Origin: Polymyxa betae A26-41 | Taxonomy: Eukaryota; Protista; Endomyxa: Phytomyxea | Length of the DNA: 53,322 nt | Assembly (NCBI GenBank): GCA_003693705.1 | Contig: RBZT01000689.1 | Coordinates: 1 to 53,322, forward strand | Reading direction: 5' to 3' | In this document: one piece after another, positions 32,863 to 45,485 of the stretch | Position numbering within the stretch: position 1 is the stretch's first letter | How the letters are laid out: each line of letters opens with the position of its first letter | The notes under the pieces: model-generated | Told to the model about the DNA's origin: nothing | Database searches by the model: none | Seen by the model: only the letters and a program-made list of their open reading frames with translations | Program-made: the position numbers and the translations under genes

Positions 32863-34180
32863 ATGGAATCTGACGAGGCCGCCAATTGCCAGGACGTCGG
32901 GGGCGCCATCACAGCGCCCATGCGGGTCCCTTCTAGCCTGATAGGCCGCAAAGCATCGGGTATGGATCAGGCTGGTAATGCATTTGGCGATCAACGTTTT
33001 TGTTTTCTTATAAAGTTTTTCAGCTTTAAGCAAGATCGCCAATGGGTGCAAATCACTTGAAGCCTATTTTACCTATTGCAAGGATTTTCTTGATCTCGAG
33101 CAGTATCCCAAACTCCCAGAGCAGGATCGGGCTGTGATCGCCGATTTTATCAGCGGAGAACTGCTTGAAAATGGTGTGATGATGTCCAATGATTGGAGCA
33201 AATAAGCCGTTTGCTTAATCTGTCGTTAGTTCAGTGGAAATACCTATTCCCAACTGGAAGCTTCGAATGCATTCTGAACACCACGGCTGGCCCAGAGACC
33301 GACGAATATACGTGCTCAGAGTACACTGTGCTCAAAATCAACTTCGAACAAATATCGTGCTCCAAGGTAATGCCTAGTTGTTGCTTTTTTTTCTTAACAA
33401 ATCAGTTCTTTAATATTTGGTAGTAATCGTTTTTTGTAGGATGTTCGTAGAGTGTGGAATGCCAAAGTAAAATCAAAGATCGAGGAACAGCTTTCTTCTG
33501 AGAAAATTCGGTCTGTCTCCAAGAACAGCGATTCGGAGGACGACGGAGATGAAGATGCTAGAAATGAAAGTTTAGAACTGCAATCGCCTATTAAGCAGCC
33601 AAGTAAACGCCGGACTCCCACTCGACGAAGATCGTTTGAAGAACGTGATCGCAGGCGCAGCTCTAGTAGGGCAAGTCGATCAATGTCGAATGAACCGCCT
33701 TCCAAGAAACAGAAGGAATTGACTTCTGGCGGATCGACCACTGTCACGCCTTCAAAAACCCGAAAGAAAGCTTCTAAGGACTCGCCCTCCAAGAAGAAAA
33801 CACCAGCGAAGAAAGCCGCTCCCGCTTCTGCACAGAAGCGCAAGCCAGGAAGGCCGAAGAAGGAGTCAGTTTCTAAGACTAAGGAGGTCGTGGAAGCCGA
33901 AGACCAGACCTGGGAGGTGCGAACAATTCTGAGCCGCAAGAAAGTGTCTGGAAAGTACCAATACCTTGTTCAATGGGCGGGCTTGAATCCTGAAGGCAAA
34001 CCTTGGGACGATACCTGGGAACCACATCACAACATTTCTGAAGATCTCATTCGGGATTATTGGGCAAGTGTGGATGCCAAAAACAGTGCACAGAATGGCA
34101 CGCCAAACAATGGTGACGTCGATGGGAAGATGTCGGTCCAGAATCTGCTTAATTCAGAACCTCAACAGCCCGCTGCTTGA
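32863..34180 (+). CDS. AT-hook + C-terminal chromodomain chromatin protein (4 exons; start uncertain)
   Basis: Exons 32863-32974, 33024-33173, 33230-33366 and 33440-34180 are in frame. AT-hook KRKPGRPKK; chromodomain WEVRTILSRKKVSGKYQYLVQWAG....WDDTWEPHHNISEDLIRDY; basic low-complexity linker. Confidence 0.85.
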
Positions 34181-34936
34181 GCACAGTATCTCATTGCCCT
34201 GTTTTCTCATTGGAACCATTACCTCAATCGACCGCGGTTGCCGAATGCATGTTGTTGTAGGTTATAAATTCTTCAATTGTGCAACTTCTTAGCCAAAGCA
34301 ACTGCATTTTTGCTGTTCGTTGATTACAGCATTTATGGTAGTAACTGATTTCGTCATCTATAATCATTGGCGTGATCAAACCCAAGCACCTAGAATCTAT
34401 CGAATTGTCGCATGAAAAAGGTGTCGCAATATTCGTACCATGCTGCTCGCTTAGTATCATCGTCCTAACAAGGGAAGTTTGCGTCGTCCCAGCTTTGGAG
34501 GACGTCAACAAAAGCCATTGCTCCAGCTGTAATAGAGGTTTTCCTTGCGTTTGAAGCGTTGCGGCTCTCGGGACCGGAATCAAACCTGCTGATGTCATCA
34601 CCGGCTCCTAAATGTATACGGGGTAGGCAAAATCTTTAGCATCCTTCCCATTCATATGTTGTTATGACTTCAGAATGCACCAAATCTCCAGTGATATCTG
34701 AATCATCGCTTTAATGAGACTCGTCGTTACATATGTGAATCCTCAAATGATATGTAAGGGAGCCTAGAAATTGATGAAGGCATTTAACAGAGCAGCGAAC
34801 GTTCTTTTGCAATATACCTTCTTGTTTGCAAGCTCAAAAGGTTATGTTGAAAACTATAGTAACTTCCTCTCTACATCTGTGCTATAATCTGCTTGATAGA
34901 CACCGAGCAAATTGCTGTAAAAGCAACAGGAAAATT

Positions 34937-35413
34937 TTAATCAACAGTGTTATTGGTTGTATGGTTTGCTCGCCTCATCTCGTTGTAGCCTTGAACGGCA
35001 GCAACGCCAGCAGCTTTTGCATTGTTTATTCCCGCCTTTGCACAATGAACTACTGCTTTCTTATCCTCCTCCATATTACGACCGAGGTTCTCTTCATAGG
35101 TAGTTTTCGCCTTATGTGCTAGCTGAGATCCAGTTGCAGCTCCAACGGCACCAGCAATAATGACAGTGGGAGCCAAAGAAGCTGCAGCAATAGCGACAGC
35201 TGCACCTCCCATGGCCCCAGCGATTTTCAAATCAGTTTCAATTTGATGACCTGTTTGCTGTAAATACTTCTCGCGAATGGCACTGGTGGCCGCCGACGTC
35301 GTTTCCTTGATCTTCTCGTCAATGTGATTTTCTACAATCTTCTTCTCGATAGTGTTTGCAGCTTTGCCAGCTAGCCTGCCCGATTGATGGGCAATCTCGA
35401 CGATCTCGTCCAT
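34937..35413 (-). CDS. Hypothetical 158-aa protein with central Gly/Ala-rich hydrophobic hairpin
   Basis: Intact ATG ORF. IAGAMGGAAVAIAAASLAPTVIIAGAVGAATG is flanked by charged helical segments. Confidence 0.7.
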   Translation of the reverse strand: MDEIVEIAHQSGRLAGKAANTIEKKIVENHIDEKIKETTSAATSAIREKYLQQTGHQIETDLKIAGAMGGAAVAIAAASLAPTVIIAGAVGAATGSQLAHKAKTTYEENLGRNMEEDKKAVVHCAKAGINNAKAAGVAAVQGYNEMRRANHTTNNTVD

Positions 35414-36091
35414 AGAAGCTTTGGCTGGTGGGAAATCGCCCCTTCGAGCAAGATCCCGTCACGTACCCTGATGCTGATACGACCCTATAATCTTCAGAAA
35501 TGAAGATAATATCTACAGATAATTGATGAGATGAGTAAGTGAAACTGCCCAGAAAAAGGTTAGTCACAATCAGGAATGAGAAAGTTCCTAGAGTCGACAA
35601 GACGTTTGTATTCTGGAAGTTTTAGCACGAGGGTAAAATCTAGAAAAGAAAATACTCTACTGCTGGCAAGCGTGTATTCCTGATAGTTCAGGAAGCCTGA
35701 AATTGTCTTGTGATGAAGATGACAGCACCGCCCGTGGATGTCAATCAGCAAACTAGACGACTCCATTCTATTCCATTCCTCGTCTGCTAGCATTCGAATA
35801 ATCTTCATTGCTAAAAGTTCAAGATGCAATGAATCAACCGTTAAGCATTCATTCACAGTGTTTTTAAACTGCTCTGCTCTTGTTTTAAGAACATATTCAG
35901 CCGTGACTATTTACCTCGGTTTCATGGGCCATTGTCCTTTTGACCTCGTAGTATGGAATCCATACAGAATCGGAGTGATGTCTCTCATTGATCCCACAGG
36001 CGCAGTTCCGGTTAGGGTTTCCTCATGACTGGGGATTGAGAATTTGCGATTTGTCTCTCCTTCCCCTTTACAAATATTTTATAGAACTACC

Positions 36092-39000
36092 ATGACGAAG
36101 GCGCCGTCGACGGCGCCGACCGTCACCATGATTGAAGTCGAATTGGGCCCCGGCTCCGTCCCTGAATGGGTGGCCCATATAATTTCCTCGCTGGAGGGTT
36201 TGGTTCCGGCTAGTGTATGGCTTGAACAGTTTTCCGGTGACTGGAACGATATCCCTGCGATTCGTGACGCTTGTGATTATGCTTCCACATATCGGTGGAT
36301 GTCAAGGGAAGATTTTGTGAGAAAGCTCAACGATCCTGACGCCATTGTCGATGTGCCGCAACAACGGATGGAACGATTCATCGTTGTTGAAGTGCTTAAA
36401 GAACTATCTCCAAAGCTTAATCGATCCATGGTCATAAAAATCACTCGATCTTTAGGTAATATAACGCCATGGGACTTCATTGGGTTTATCGATTGTTCCG
36501 CTTGATCTGTTGTGCCAACATTTGCTGCATTTACCGTATTTGTAGTGGTTTCCATTGCAACATCCTTCACTGCTTAGAAAGTTTGGGTTCGCTTGCTTAA
36601 ATTGGATTGCAATGATGCCATGCTTTTATCTTATTCCTTTATTCATTGTCGAATTCAGCTGCGAACTTGATGTCGCATGCTTTTCAGAGGGTGTCTGCTG
36701 ATTACACTTGGGATCGGGTTGTGTTCGATACGATTCCCTTCATGGTCGACTTTGCCGAGAAGATGCTGGCGGATGTAGTACAAGAACCATCGACGCCCGA
36801 CTTTTTACCACGGTCGACGATGTCAACCGATAATTCCGTCAAGCTCTACGCCTGGCACCTGTACATAGAAATGGAGAGTATGACTGCTCGACTTAGTACT
36901 GCTCGTGCCGTTGCTACCGAAATCGTTACGAAGTCCCGAGAAATGCCTTTACATGAATGCTGTAAAGGATTCGGATATGTGGCGTCTGACGTCGCGGCCG
37001 TGCTTGTCGCAGAGCATCGTCAGAATGGGGATGCTGCTCGCCTCATTGATTCTGAAGGCAACACCAATCTTCATTATGCGATTCAAAGGAAAGAAGACGA
37101 TGGCGGTCGGCTTATTCGTGTCCTATACAGCGCTGGCGCTAACGTCAATGCTCGTAATAATCTGGGACAAACGCCTTTGGCATTCGGATGTGCGAATGCT
37201 GCCGCTCCTCGGGCGATCGAAGAACTTTTACAGCTTGGAGCTAATCCCAGATTAACTGACAATTACGGCTTGACACCACTGCATTTTGCAGTTCGCGTCC
37301 AGCGCGGGAATCTTGTACGGCTGCTATGCGATCATGGCGTCGATTTGAATGCAGCCGATAAGGACGGCTTCACACCTGCACATTTTGCCGCCTCTTCCGG
37401 TTCTGTCTGCATGCTCGAGCTGTTAGCGTCGTTAGGTAAGCGATTTGTTTTCTTAGTATCTTGCGCTCCCTTACTGTGAACATTTTCTGTTACATCATAG
37501 TTGCTGACTGAATCATGTCTTTTTATTCTACAGATATTCGATTTTCCATGACGCATTAATCTTTGTGTTTTAGGTTCGTGTTTAGAGAAACCCTCGAGGA
37601 CAGGTCTGACTCCATTGGCCGTCGCATCTCGGAGACATCATCTTCATGCTGTGCTATTTCTGTTTCAAACTAGAAACTATTTAGCAGCTCGGCATCCTGA
37701 TGATCTGTCTTATTCCATGGTGCTGGCTGTTCTAAAAGAGCAACTGCCGGAAGTTGGCAAGGTCCCTCAGATCTCGATCTCAGCTCTCGGCCTCGACCAT
37801 CTTCCCCCAGAAATCGGCTACTTGCGCTTCACTCGACGATTTGACGTTCGACATAATTCGTTGAAAACGTTTTGGTAAGTCTTCTTTGCCAGCTCGTAGC
37901 TGTGCGTTTTCCGTAACTTTCTTTCTTTATTAGTTTTCATCGTGGCTGATCCGCTGCATTTTCTCCTACCATTTTTATTAAGCACTGCCTTGTTCGTTGA
38001 CATTGAATTCTCAGGATGACGCCCTGGTGGTGGGTGCCTGTCTTTTCACGCAAGTTCAATTCCATGATTCAAGTCGCTTTTTTCTTCTTCTGGACCGTCT
38101 TTGTATTGGCGGGAATCTTCAGTCCATCTTCAAACTTCCCAGGTTCTCCAAACTGCCCTTATGTTTTCCGCGCTCACCATTTCTACATCATTCTGAGTGT
38201 TATGATTTCTTCTGTTTTTCTGCTCTCTTCGCTTCGGTCTTCATTTATATCATCCAATTCAAAAATCGAAAGAAAAACGATGCGGTTCGTGTTTTTCCGC
38301 TTGGCTAACTACGCCAATCTGGTGTCGCTGTGTGAGCTATTTATTGAGCATATTCAGCTCTCAGCACTGGCATATTCATCTTCCCGGGCGAGCTCAAGTG
38401 CGAAGTTTTTTCGAGCCTTCTTGTTCGATTTCGGGACTCCCAACAACAGGAATTTGATCGCTGTTTCAATCGGACTGATCTATTTTATTCGAGTATGGAT
38501 TGAATGTCGCAGCTTCATTCCGAAATTCTGGTCATATGACAGATATTTGATGTGGTTTATATCTATATTGTATATGCCGCTCTGTCGCTCTCTCATGACG
38601 AACTTCCTTGAAGATATGAGTGATCCAACGAGCATCGTTTTACTATTATTCGGTGTTGGATCGTTTTTCTCCGTCATTCCCATGGCGATTTATGGTGAAG
38701 TGGCTTTGCAGGCTCGCGACGGTTTGCGTCAAATTCGTCCCAGACCTGTCTCAATTGTAATGTTACGAACGTTTTTTCTGGTTCTTCTAACCATCGATGT
38801 CATAATGAATCAGCCCTGGGTTCCCGGTCAGCGCTACGAACGCATGATCGCTTGCTGGTTGCTGCCTGCGGCAATGATTTTGTCGGCCATATTGGGAAAG
38901 CGGGTTCTGGTGGATGAAACACTCATGATTAGGGCATCCCCTATTTGGGCCGCCTTAATCCACGCTATCTGTCTGACTCTTCGCCCAAAAAGAATGCCTG

Positions 39001-39432
39001 AGACATTTGCTCTTATCAGCGGCCCTATCTCTCTTTTGATTCTTGTTGTAATGATTTGTTTATCCAGGTAGTTGTTTAATTCTCGCAAAGATGGCAGAAT
39101 AGTGATCTGGTATTTAGGTTAAAGAATGGGCGAAAATTCACTGAGCGATCGAGGGAGTTTCGTTCAAACTTGAAACGCGATGTGATGTTTCAGTGTTTTC
39201 GCCTTCATCCACAATTCAAGGACATCTTACGGTAGGAACAGTACGTCGCTTACTGTTTTATGGTGATACTTGGTTTAGAGATTTTGAAAGCCGAGATTTG
39301 GCCGAGATCCAAAGAAAGTACGAGCTTGATCGCTGGTTAAGAGACCGATTCCCATCCTTTGTGCAAGCTCAGATTGTTCCACTCATGACGCAGATCGAGC
39401 AGAATCTGCCTGTAAATTTACCTCCATTGTAG
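36092..39432 (+). CDS. Ankyrin-repeat + LRR-like + multi-pass TM protein (6 exons, about 920 aa)
   Basis: Exons 36092-36455, 36659-37435, 37574-37874, 38015-39067, 39118-39231 and 39279-39432 all splice in frame. Five ANK repeats (GNTNLHYA, GQTPLAFG, GLTPLHFA, GFTPAHFA, GLTPLAVA), an LRR-like segment LGLDHLPPEIGYLRFTRRFDVRHNSL, then about 8-9 hydrophobic helices. Confidence 0.85.
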
Positions 39433-39738
39433 TTTATCTACTGCTTAATTATGCTGCTTTTAATATTCTCTATGTGTATTAATATTAATGTGTATTAATA
39501 TTTATTCTTCTCTTAATCGCATTTGCTCCCCGCCTTTCCATCAATCACTTTGATTTGATTGCTTATCTTGTAGACTTTATTCTTTGACGGCCAAACACTA
39601 GGAGCAATTCACATTTCTAAACACGATTTTAATTAGAAACTTTTCAATTTTGCGTAGAGTCCAAAATCTGCGTTTGAAGGCGCGTGCTTCATCAGACCTC
39701 TTCACGACGACGACAGCTATAGCTCGGTCTGGCAGCGA

Positions 39739-40765
39739 ATGCCATATCGAGTGACTGTCAAGCTCGCAGATGAAGCTGATGGCTCAGTAACTGGTTTTTC
39801 TTTTGTCGTCGAGGAAGGCAATTTCGACTCGTTTATCAAACGGGTCCAGGCGAAGTTTCAGCTGTCATCATCGAAAGTGAACTCACTTCATCAAGACTTG
39901 ATGTTCGACTTATTTAGCTGCTTAGAAATTGATTCTCCTGGACTCTTCACAAGTTCCGATTTCGAACACAAATCAATTATTCGATCGTCAGCAGTTAGAG
40001 CTGCGAATTGTCAGCGATTCAGATAGCAGCAATGAAAGCAATGATTTCCAAGACGATGCTGCTGAGGCCAAATTCGAACCAGAGGAGGAATGGATTGTTG
40101 ACCATCGCTTCTGTATGTATCCAGGTCTAATCGAAACCCACAAAGGCAAGATGAAATGTCAAGAGATGGTCCATCAAATTTCGACTTTTGGAGCGACATT
40201 CACTTCAAAATCCGGTATCTTAGTAGCGCCGAATTTTTCTGGAGAACTTCGAGTCCATCCATCGATTTTGCCAGGAAATCTTCCTCCGTCGTTTTCGATC
40301 TCCGATCTCGCTAATCGACTATGGATTATTGCCCTTTGTCATGGCGGCTTCTTCGCCGGAGCTGTTCTGCAATCAGGTGCTGTCATTGCTCATAAAACCT
40401 TGCATCGATACGTACAGCGTCGTAAGCAAGGGAAACGGCAGTCAAATCACGATAGCGGCAGCCGCAGCGGCGGTCATACTACTGTTGGAAGCCAGATTCG
40501 TCGAAAGCAAGAAGCTGAATTTCGTTTGGACCTGCAAAAGCTGATGATGGAGTGGACATCGCATTTCAACGCTGCTGATCTGGTGTTTGTTCATGCTCCG
40601 GGCAAGAATCGAACCGAGATGTTCTTTGAAGACGGCCCGATTGCTTCCTCTGATTCTAGGATACGGCCTGTTCCTATTAGCACTGGTCGGGCGATCCTCC
40701 ATGAAGCGCTTCGCGTCGCCAGGACGCTGGCCACAATCGAGATTGCAACTGCAAAATCTGAGTAA
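39739..40765 (+). CDS. Vms1/ANKZF1-family VLRF1 (release-factor-like tRNA hydrolase/nuclease) domain protein, short form
   Basis: Exons 39739-39876 and 39926-40765 are in frame. HGGFFAGAV..G.VIAHKTLHRYVQRRKQGKRQSNHD..GSQIRR..E is the VLRF1 signature with the catalytic-loop Gln. No ankyrin repeats, C2H2 finger or VIM are seen. Confidence 0.85.
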
Positions 40766-41097
40766 ATTTATCGAAGTTTTTTTGGTTTGCCAGAGCAGTT
40801 TGTTTCAGGCTGTTTTAGGTTTAAATATTTTTCACTATTGCTTGGATAAATAGTCGAGATTCTGATAATCATTCAGCAAAAGCATCCGGCTATCAGCCTC
40901 ATAGTACATGACTTGCCTTTCGAAAATGTAGTGGGCTTTAGCACTGCTGTTTGTTTCAGTCGTTTTTCAGATTCATTCCACGCTTGGTTAAAAAACGTGA
41001 TCATTTACCTTATCACTCAGCAAAAGCATCTTGCTATCAGCCTCATAGTGAATGGCGGTGATGTGATACAGAGTGGCGCCATTAAGTTTATGTAATC

Positions 41098-42147
41098 ATG
41101 ATACTGACGACCCAGTCGGGATGGCAATTCGACACCGACCTGGGCGTCGATTGCAGCGTCGGCGTCCATTTTGATCAGCGGGGGACGTCTTGCTTCGGCC
41201 TACCACGACCGCATGCCAAGCCGCTGTACTCGACGAAATCGGGCTCGGTCGTCAACTGCGATCTGGTCACGTTCTGCATTCATTCAGCTGGGACCCATAC
41301 AGAATGGATCGGTCATCTATCTGTAAGTTCTGTAGTTTTAAACATAGTGAATTTTCGCTCTACATGTTTTCAAATGTTTGTGAATTTTCACTCTACATGC
41401 TTTAAAATATTTTTGAATCATTATTCTACGTGATTTCAAATATTTGAGTTTTCAAAATTTCTATCTTTTGTTTTTCGATACTCTCAATGTTGTTCATGAA
41501 CATCTGTTATAGAAGAAACGCATCTCGATCACGAATGTCCTGCCAATATCTTTGCAAAAGGCGCTACTGCTTTCAATTACGCCAACGCCTATCGAATCAA
41601 CGTCAGAATTCTACCCCTGCTCTAAACCGGGCGATTTAGTCGTCACGAGATCAGCATTAATAGCTGCAAGAAACTGGCTAAACTTTGATGTTAGTTTTTG
41701 GCCACTATTTCAAGCATCTTGCTTAATTCTATACTTTAGGGATTGCATTTCACAGCATTATGTATAAGAACGCTTCCAAATGGCGACGATAAGAAAGAAA
41801 GATCGTACTCGGGAAGAAATGCTCCATATCTATCTATGGAATCCGCCGAGCTTATAGCATCCGATTGGAATGTTCAGCATTTCCTATGCGATCTGCCTTC
41901 AGTTGACAAAGAAAGCAGCGGCGATGATGTTGTAATCCACAGAATCCTCTGGAGGATGCCTATGTCTGGCGATGTCACGCCCGATAACGGTGCTAGATCG
42001 ACGATTACAGAATTGGCCTACTTCCATGAAGTTCTTCCAGACGGATTCTACATGCTCGATCTGCAAACAACCAATTTGGATTCGGATGCTACTTTGTCTC
42101 GACCTGTACTTTTCCCAATCCAGCAACAAGTGCACAGGTATTACTAA
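41098..42147 (+). CDS. Cyclase / kynurenine formamidase (KynB-like) family metal-dependent hydrolase (3 exons)
   Basis: Exons 41098-41322, 41513-41689 and 41740-42147 are in frame. Motifs HSAGTHTEWIGHL (HxGTHxD/ExxxH), IRTLPN, DLPSVD, IHR, ITEL and DATLSRPVL. Confidence 0.85.
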
Positions 42148-42594
42148 ACATTTGTATACGAGTTCTTGTTTGTGATTATTTTACAGGTCAGGTTTAGACA
42201 GAACTGCTCCAATCGTTTAGCATTGCTACAGCTTTGAATGTACGCAATTCACCGATTGTGGAAATTTGAAACCATCCTAAATCAATCTAAAAGAGTCACG
42301 AATCTGATTTTGGATACCAAATACAAATCAATCATTCAATCATCAGGCATCCATCTCTTTTTCACCGTCTCTGAGTATTTACATGCGAAAGGTTTCGAGT
42401 GAATCGTTGCTATAATGAGAAACATGATGCTCATTCTTATACAAACTTTTCTATCAACATACTTTCCTGAAGTGTTCGACTATTATGAAAAAGAATGTTC
42501 GCAAGAAGCTGTTTACGACTAGATTGCAAAATTTCTCATAAAGCGTGTCTATATAGGTAATAAATAATTCAAGATAAATGTAGTCTCCAGGAGA

Positions 42595-44359
42595 TTAATT
42601 GCCATCTAGTTCTAATCCGGGCTTGTACTGCATCGAGATGAAAATCCTGCGAATCCATTCATAAGCTGTTTGGACCGTCTTGGAATCAAACAATAAGGCA
42701 GTCGGATCAACCAGCCAAGGTACTCGAACGTAATGCGGATTCACGACGGTTGCTGATAGGAAAAACGCAACGAATCGTTTGGCGAAGTTTTTGGCCAGAT
42801 AATCTTCGAACAGGTCATGGAAATATCGATTAAATCGCATTCCGAAAAGATGGGATTCTGCATGATCGACAGTGATGTTAAAGTCGCAGATTGGATTCTG
42901 ATGCAAAGATACAGCGATATAATCGACAGGCCATTGCTCGTCGAGGTCGAAAGCCAGTGGATGGTCGACGATAACGTTCATCGCTCCATCGATCGTTAAA
43001 TTGCAAATGTTCAGCACAATCGAAGACGAGTTTCCGAGTCCATCAACTGCCAGACGAATATGAAATTTCGAGTAATTCGCCCGGAATCCCATACGATATG
43101 TATGTGGCTGCTCAGGCAGATTCAACATCCTTCAAAGCATTCAACAAACTCGAATTTGGAATCTTAATGCACAATACCAAAATAGAGGGACATCACGCCA
43201 GTCTTTAATGTCCATATTGAATTTCAGGATTCGGACCCGAATTGGTCCAGACATGCTGCTGGTGATACTCCTCAATGACCGTTTAAGATTTGCCTGGTTT
43301 TCTGAGCTAAACACGAACGTATACAGAAGATGCTGCAACACAATGGCGAAGCAATCCAAAGAACGGCCTTGCTCTGTCGCTGACATTGCAGCGATCTTTC
43401 GAGGTATGGCGATGGGCCGTTGGAAGCCATCCAGTACGTCAGCCTTTACAGGGCTGGGATCGATTTTGTTCTTGACGAGTGCAGTACGATCACGGAATCG
43501 TTCCATCCCTGACAGAATCCGTTCGAAATATGTCAAGGCGATTTCTGATTCGGTCACGCTGGGTATTACAGACTTATAGCCTCGAAAGAACATTCGTAAG
43601 AAATACTTGATGGCCTTGTTGGCTATTGGTGAGAGGTTATGGACTTCCCGGAGCCTCCACTCGTAGTTGTAACGATCTGCTGGTAATTTCAACTGTTATG
43701 CTCAATGATTACATGAACACAAAGAAAGCTTCAGCCGATACCTGTACTGTTACGTTGGCAGCAATTCCATGTTCGATGTTTAGAACGAGCGGAGCGCATG
43801 CAAGCAGCTTCGTCGTCACACACCCTTTGAGTAAGAGAAATGGAAAGAAGGCGTCAATGTCTGCCGTGAATACATCTTCTATAGGCTCGTATTCCTTGGC
43901 GATAATTACCAACGGCTCGATAAGGGATCTGTTATACCTGCCCTCAGGTAGGAAATCGATAATGGTGGGATAGACCGCAAACTTCGAGTTGGAATAATCA
44001 GCCAAATTCAGGGCTTCCTTTAGATCCAAAGGACCCTTGAACTTGTAGATAATCGCTGTAAGTAATGATTGAGCTAATTCGCTCCATGCAGCTAGAGCCG
44101 CCGCCTGATCGGCGGTATCATAGAAGATATCTTGGTCTGGAAGCTTCATGAACATATACGCCCAGAATCCTGTTAATATCAATACGACAACCAGCAAGAG
44201 GATGAGCTGAAGGCAGGTGGCCACAGGGATGATCATCATACGATCCCATCTCCATTCCGCTGTCTTTCGAAGCCGGCGTAGACAGGCCCGGCCGGGTGAA
44301 TTATCTTTTGATAGACGATGGAAGTGATGGTCTGGGAACGAATGTCTTCGTTCTGTCAT
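42595..44359 (-). CDS. Membrane-anchored protein with C-terminal SMP/TULIP-like lipid-transfer domain (3 exons)
   Basis: Exons 44359-43742, 43692-43178 and 43129-42595 are in frame (49- and 48-nt introns). N-terminal TM helix. The C-terminal pattern (..NLTIDGAMNV..IAVSLHQNPICDFNITV..long helix..VVNPHYVRVP) resembles SMP domains. The gene is solid; the domain call is tentative. Confidence 0.6.
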
Positions 44360-44983
44360 GGGCTTGAAAATGGCTCATAAGCGAAGTGCAGAAAGATCGT
44401 TTAAAGAAGGAAGACACGGACCAAGCTCGCTGCGAACTGTGATGAGGTGACCCCATCACCCCAGGCATCACCCCTCTCATTTCCAGGGCAGGAGTAACAA
44501 TGACGATCCCATCACTCTACTGCTCTAAATGGAAGAGCCCATTCACACTTATTCATGCGCTGCGAAAACGTTTGCGTGCTGAACTAGCTTATATTGACGA
44601 CAGGGGACGATTTTGGTCATGCTTACAGAGCGTTTGGGTGCTCAAATAATCGATGCCTTTTATGGAATACCAATAAGAGCCATTTTCCCTTCCCAACCCT
44701 TCCTATCGGTATTGCTAGATCTGTAGATTTGTTAATGGTTTAGTTTCATTTAGAAAGAGCAAGCGAAGATCTCGCTCGGGGTAAAAAATCGAACACTAGC
44801 CAATCAGATATATCGGCGGAGACGACACCTGGCATCGTCTTCTCTTTCAAGGAATCAGAAAGTTTCGCATCGGCTCTGCTAGGGCAGATATTCTCTGTCT
44901 AAGTCGTTACGATGATATTAGAAGGATGCGCCGCCATACACAAACTGTTGAAGTCGAAATATTGAATATGTTATATGTTCATA

Positions 44984-45485
44984 CAGTAAAAGTTTCTAAT
45001 AAGGCCCTGGGCAATATTGCCAGGGCCCAGGGTCTTAGCCGAAATGAGTGCTGAGGGTCTTATCAAGGTGCCAACGTCATTTTAGAGGCCTTAATAAAGA
45101 ATTGGCGGTTGTTACTTGTTATCACTTGTAGATCGAAATCTCTCGCAATATCGTCGTTTCCTCAAGAGAGATACGTGTTGGTTGCCGAAAGAATTTTTTA
45201 TTTGTAGATTTATGTCCAATTTGGCAAATGTAACGCACTTCTACGATGTAAAAGCACAGCCTTCGCAAAATTGATTCAGTTCACTATGCATTAAAATTGC
45301 TTCAATAATAAATTGAACTTTCACGTCGATGGCCAGGGCATGTACGTTTACGCTATCGAGTATATTCAAATAGCATTAGTTCAGGAAGTGTATCTATTAA
45401 GACCCTGGGAAGCCGGAATTCCAACGTCCAGGGTCTTAGGCATCCAAAAACAGGGTTCAGGGCGTATATGAGACACTTTTTCTTG
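44984..45485. mobile_element. Degenerate Tc1/mariner-type MITE
   Basis: TA+CAGTAAAAGTTTCTAATAAGGCCCTG on the left, with imperfect complement CAGGGCGTATATGAGACACTTTTTCTTG on the right. Internal CAGGGTCTTA/TAAGACCCTG repeats. Confidence 0.55.

Noticed and set aside
33394-33939. 181-aa minus-strand ORF
   Set aside because: Antisense to the low-complexity linker of the chromodomain gene.
36659-40765. Ankyrin exons and VLRF1 forming one ANKZF1 gene
   Set aside because: Domain order is reversed relative to ANKZF1, and the ANK gene has its own TM exons and stop at 39432.
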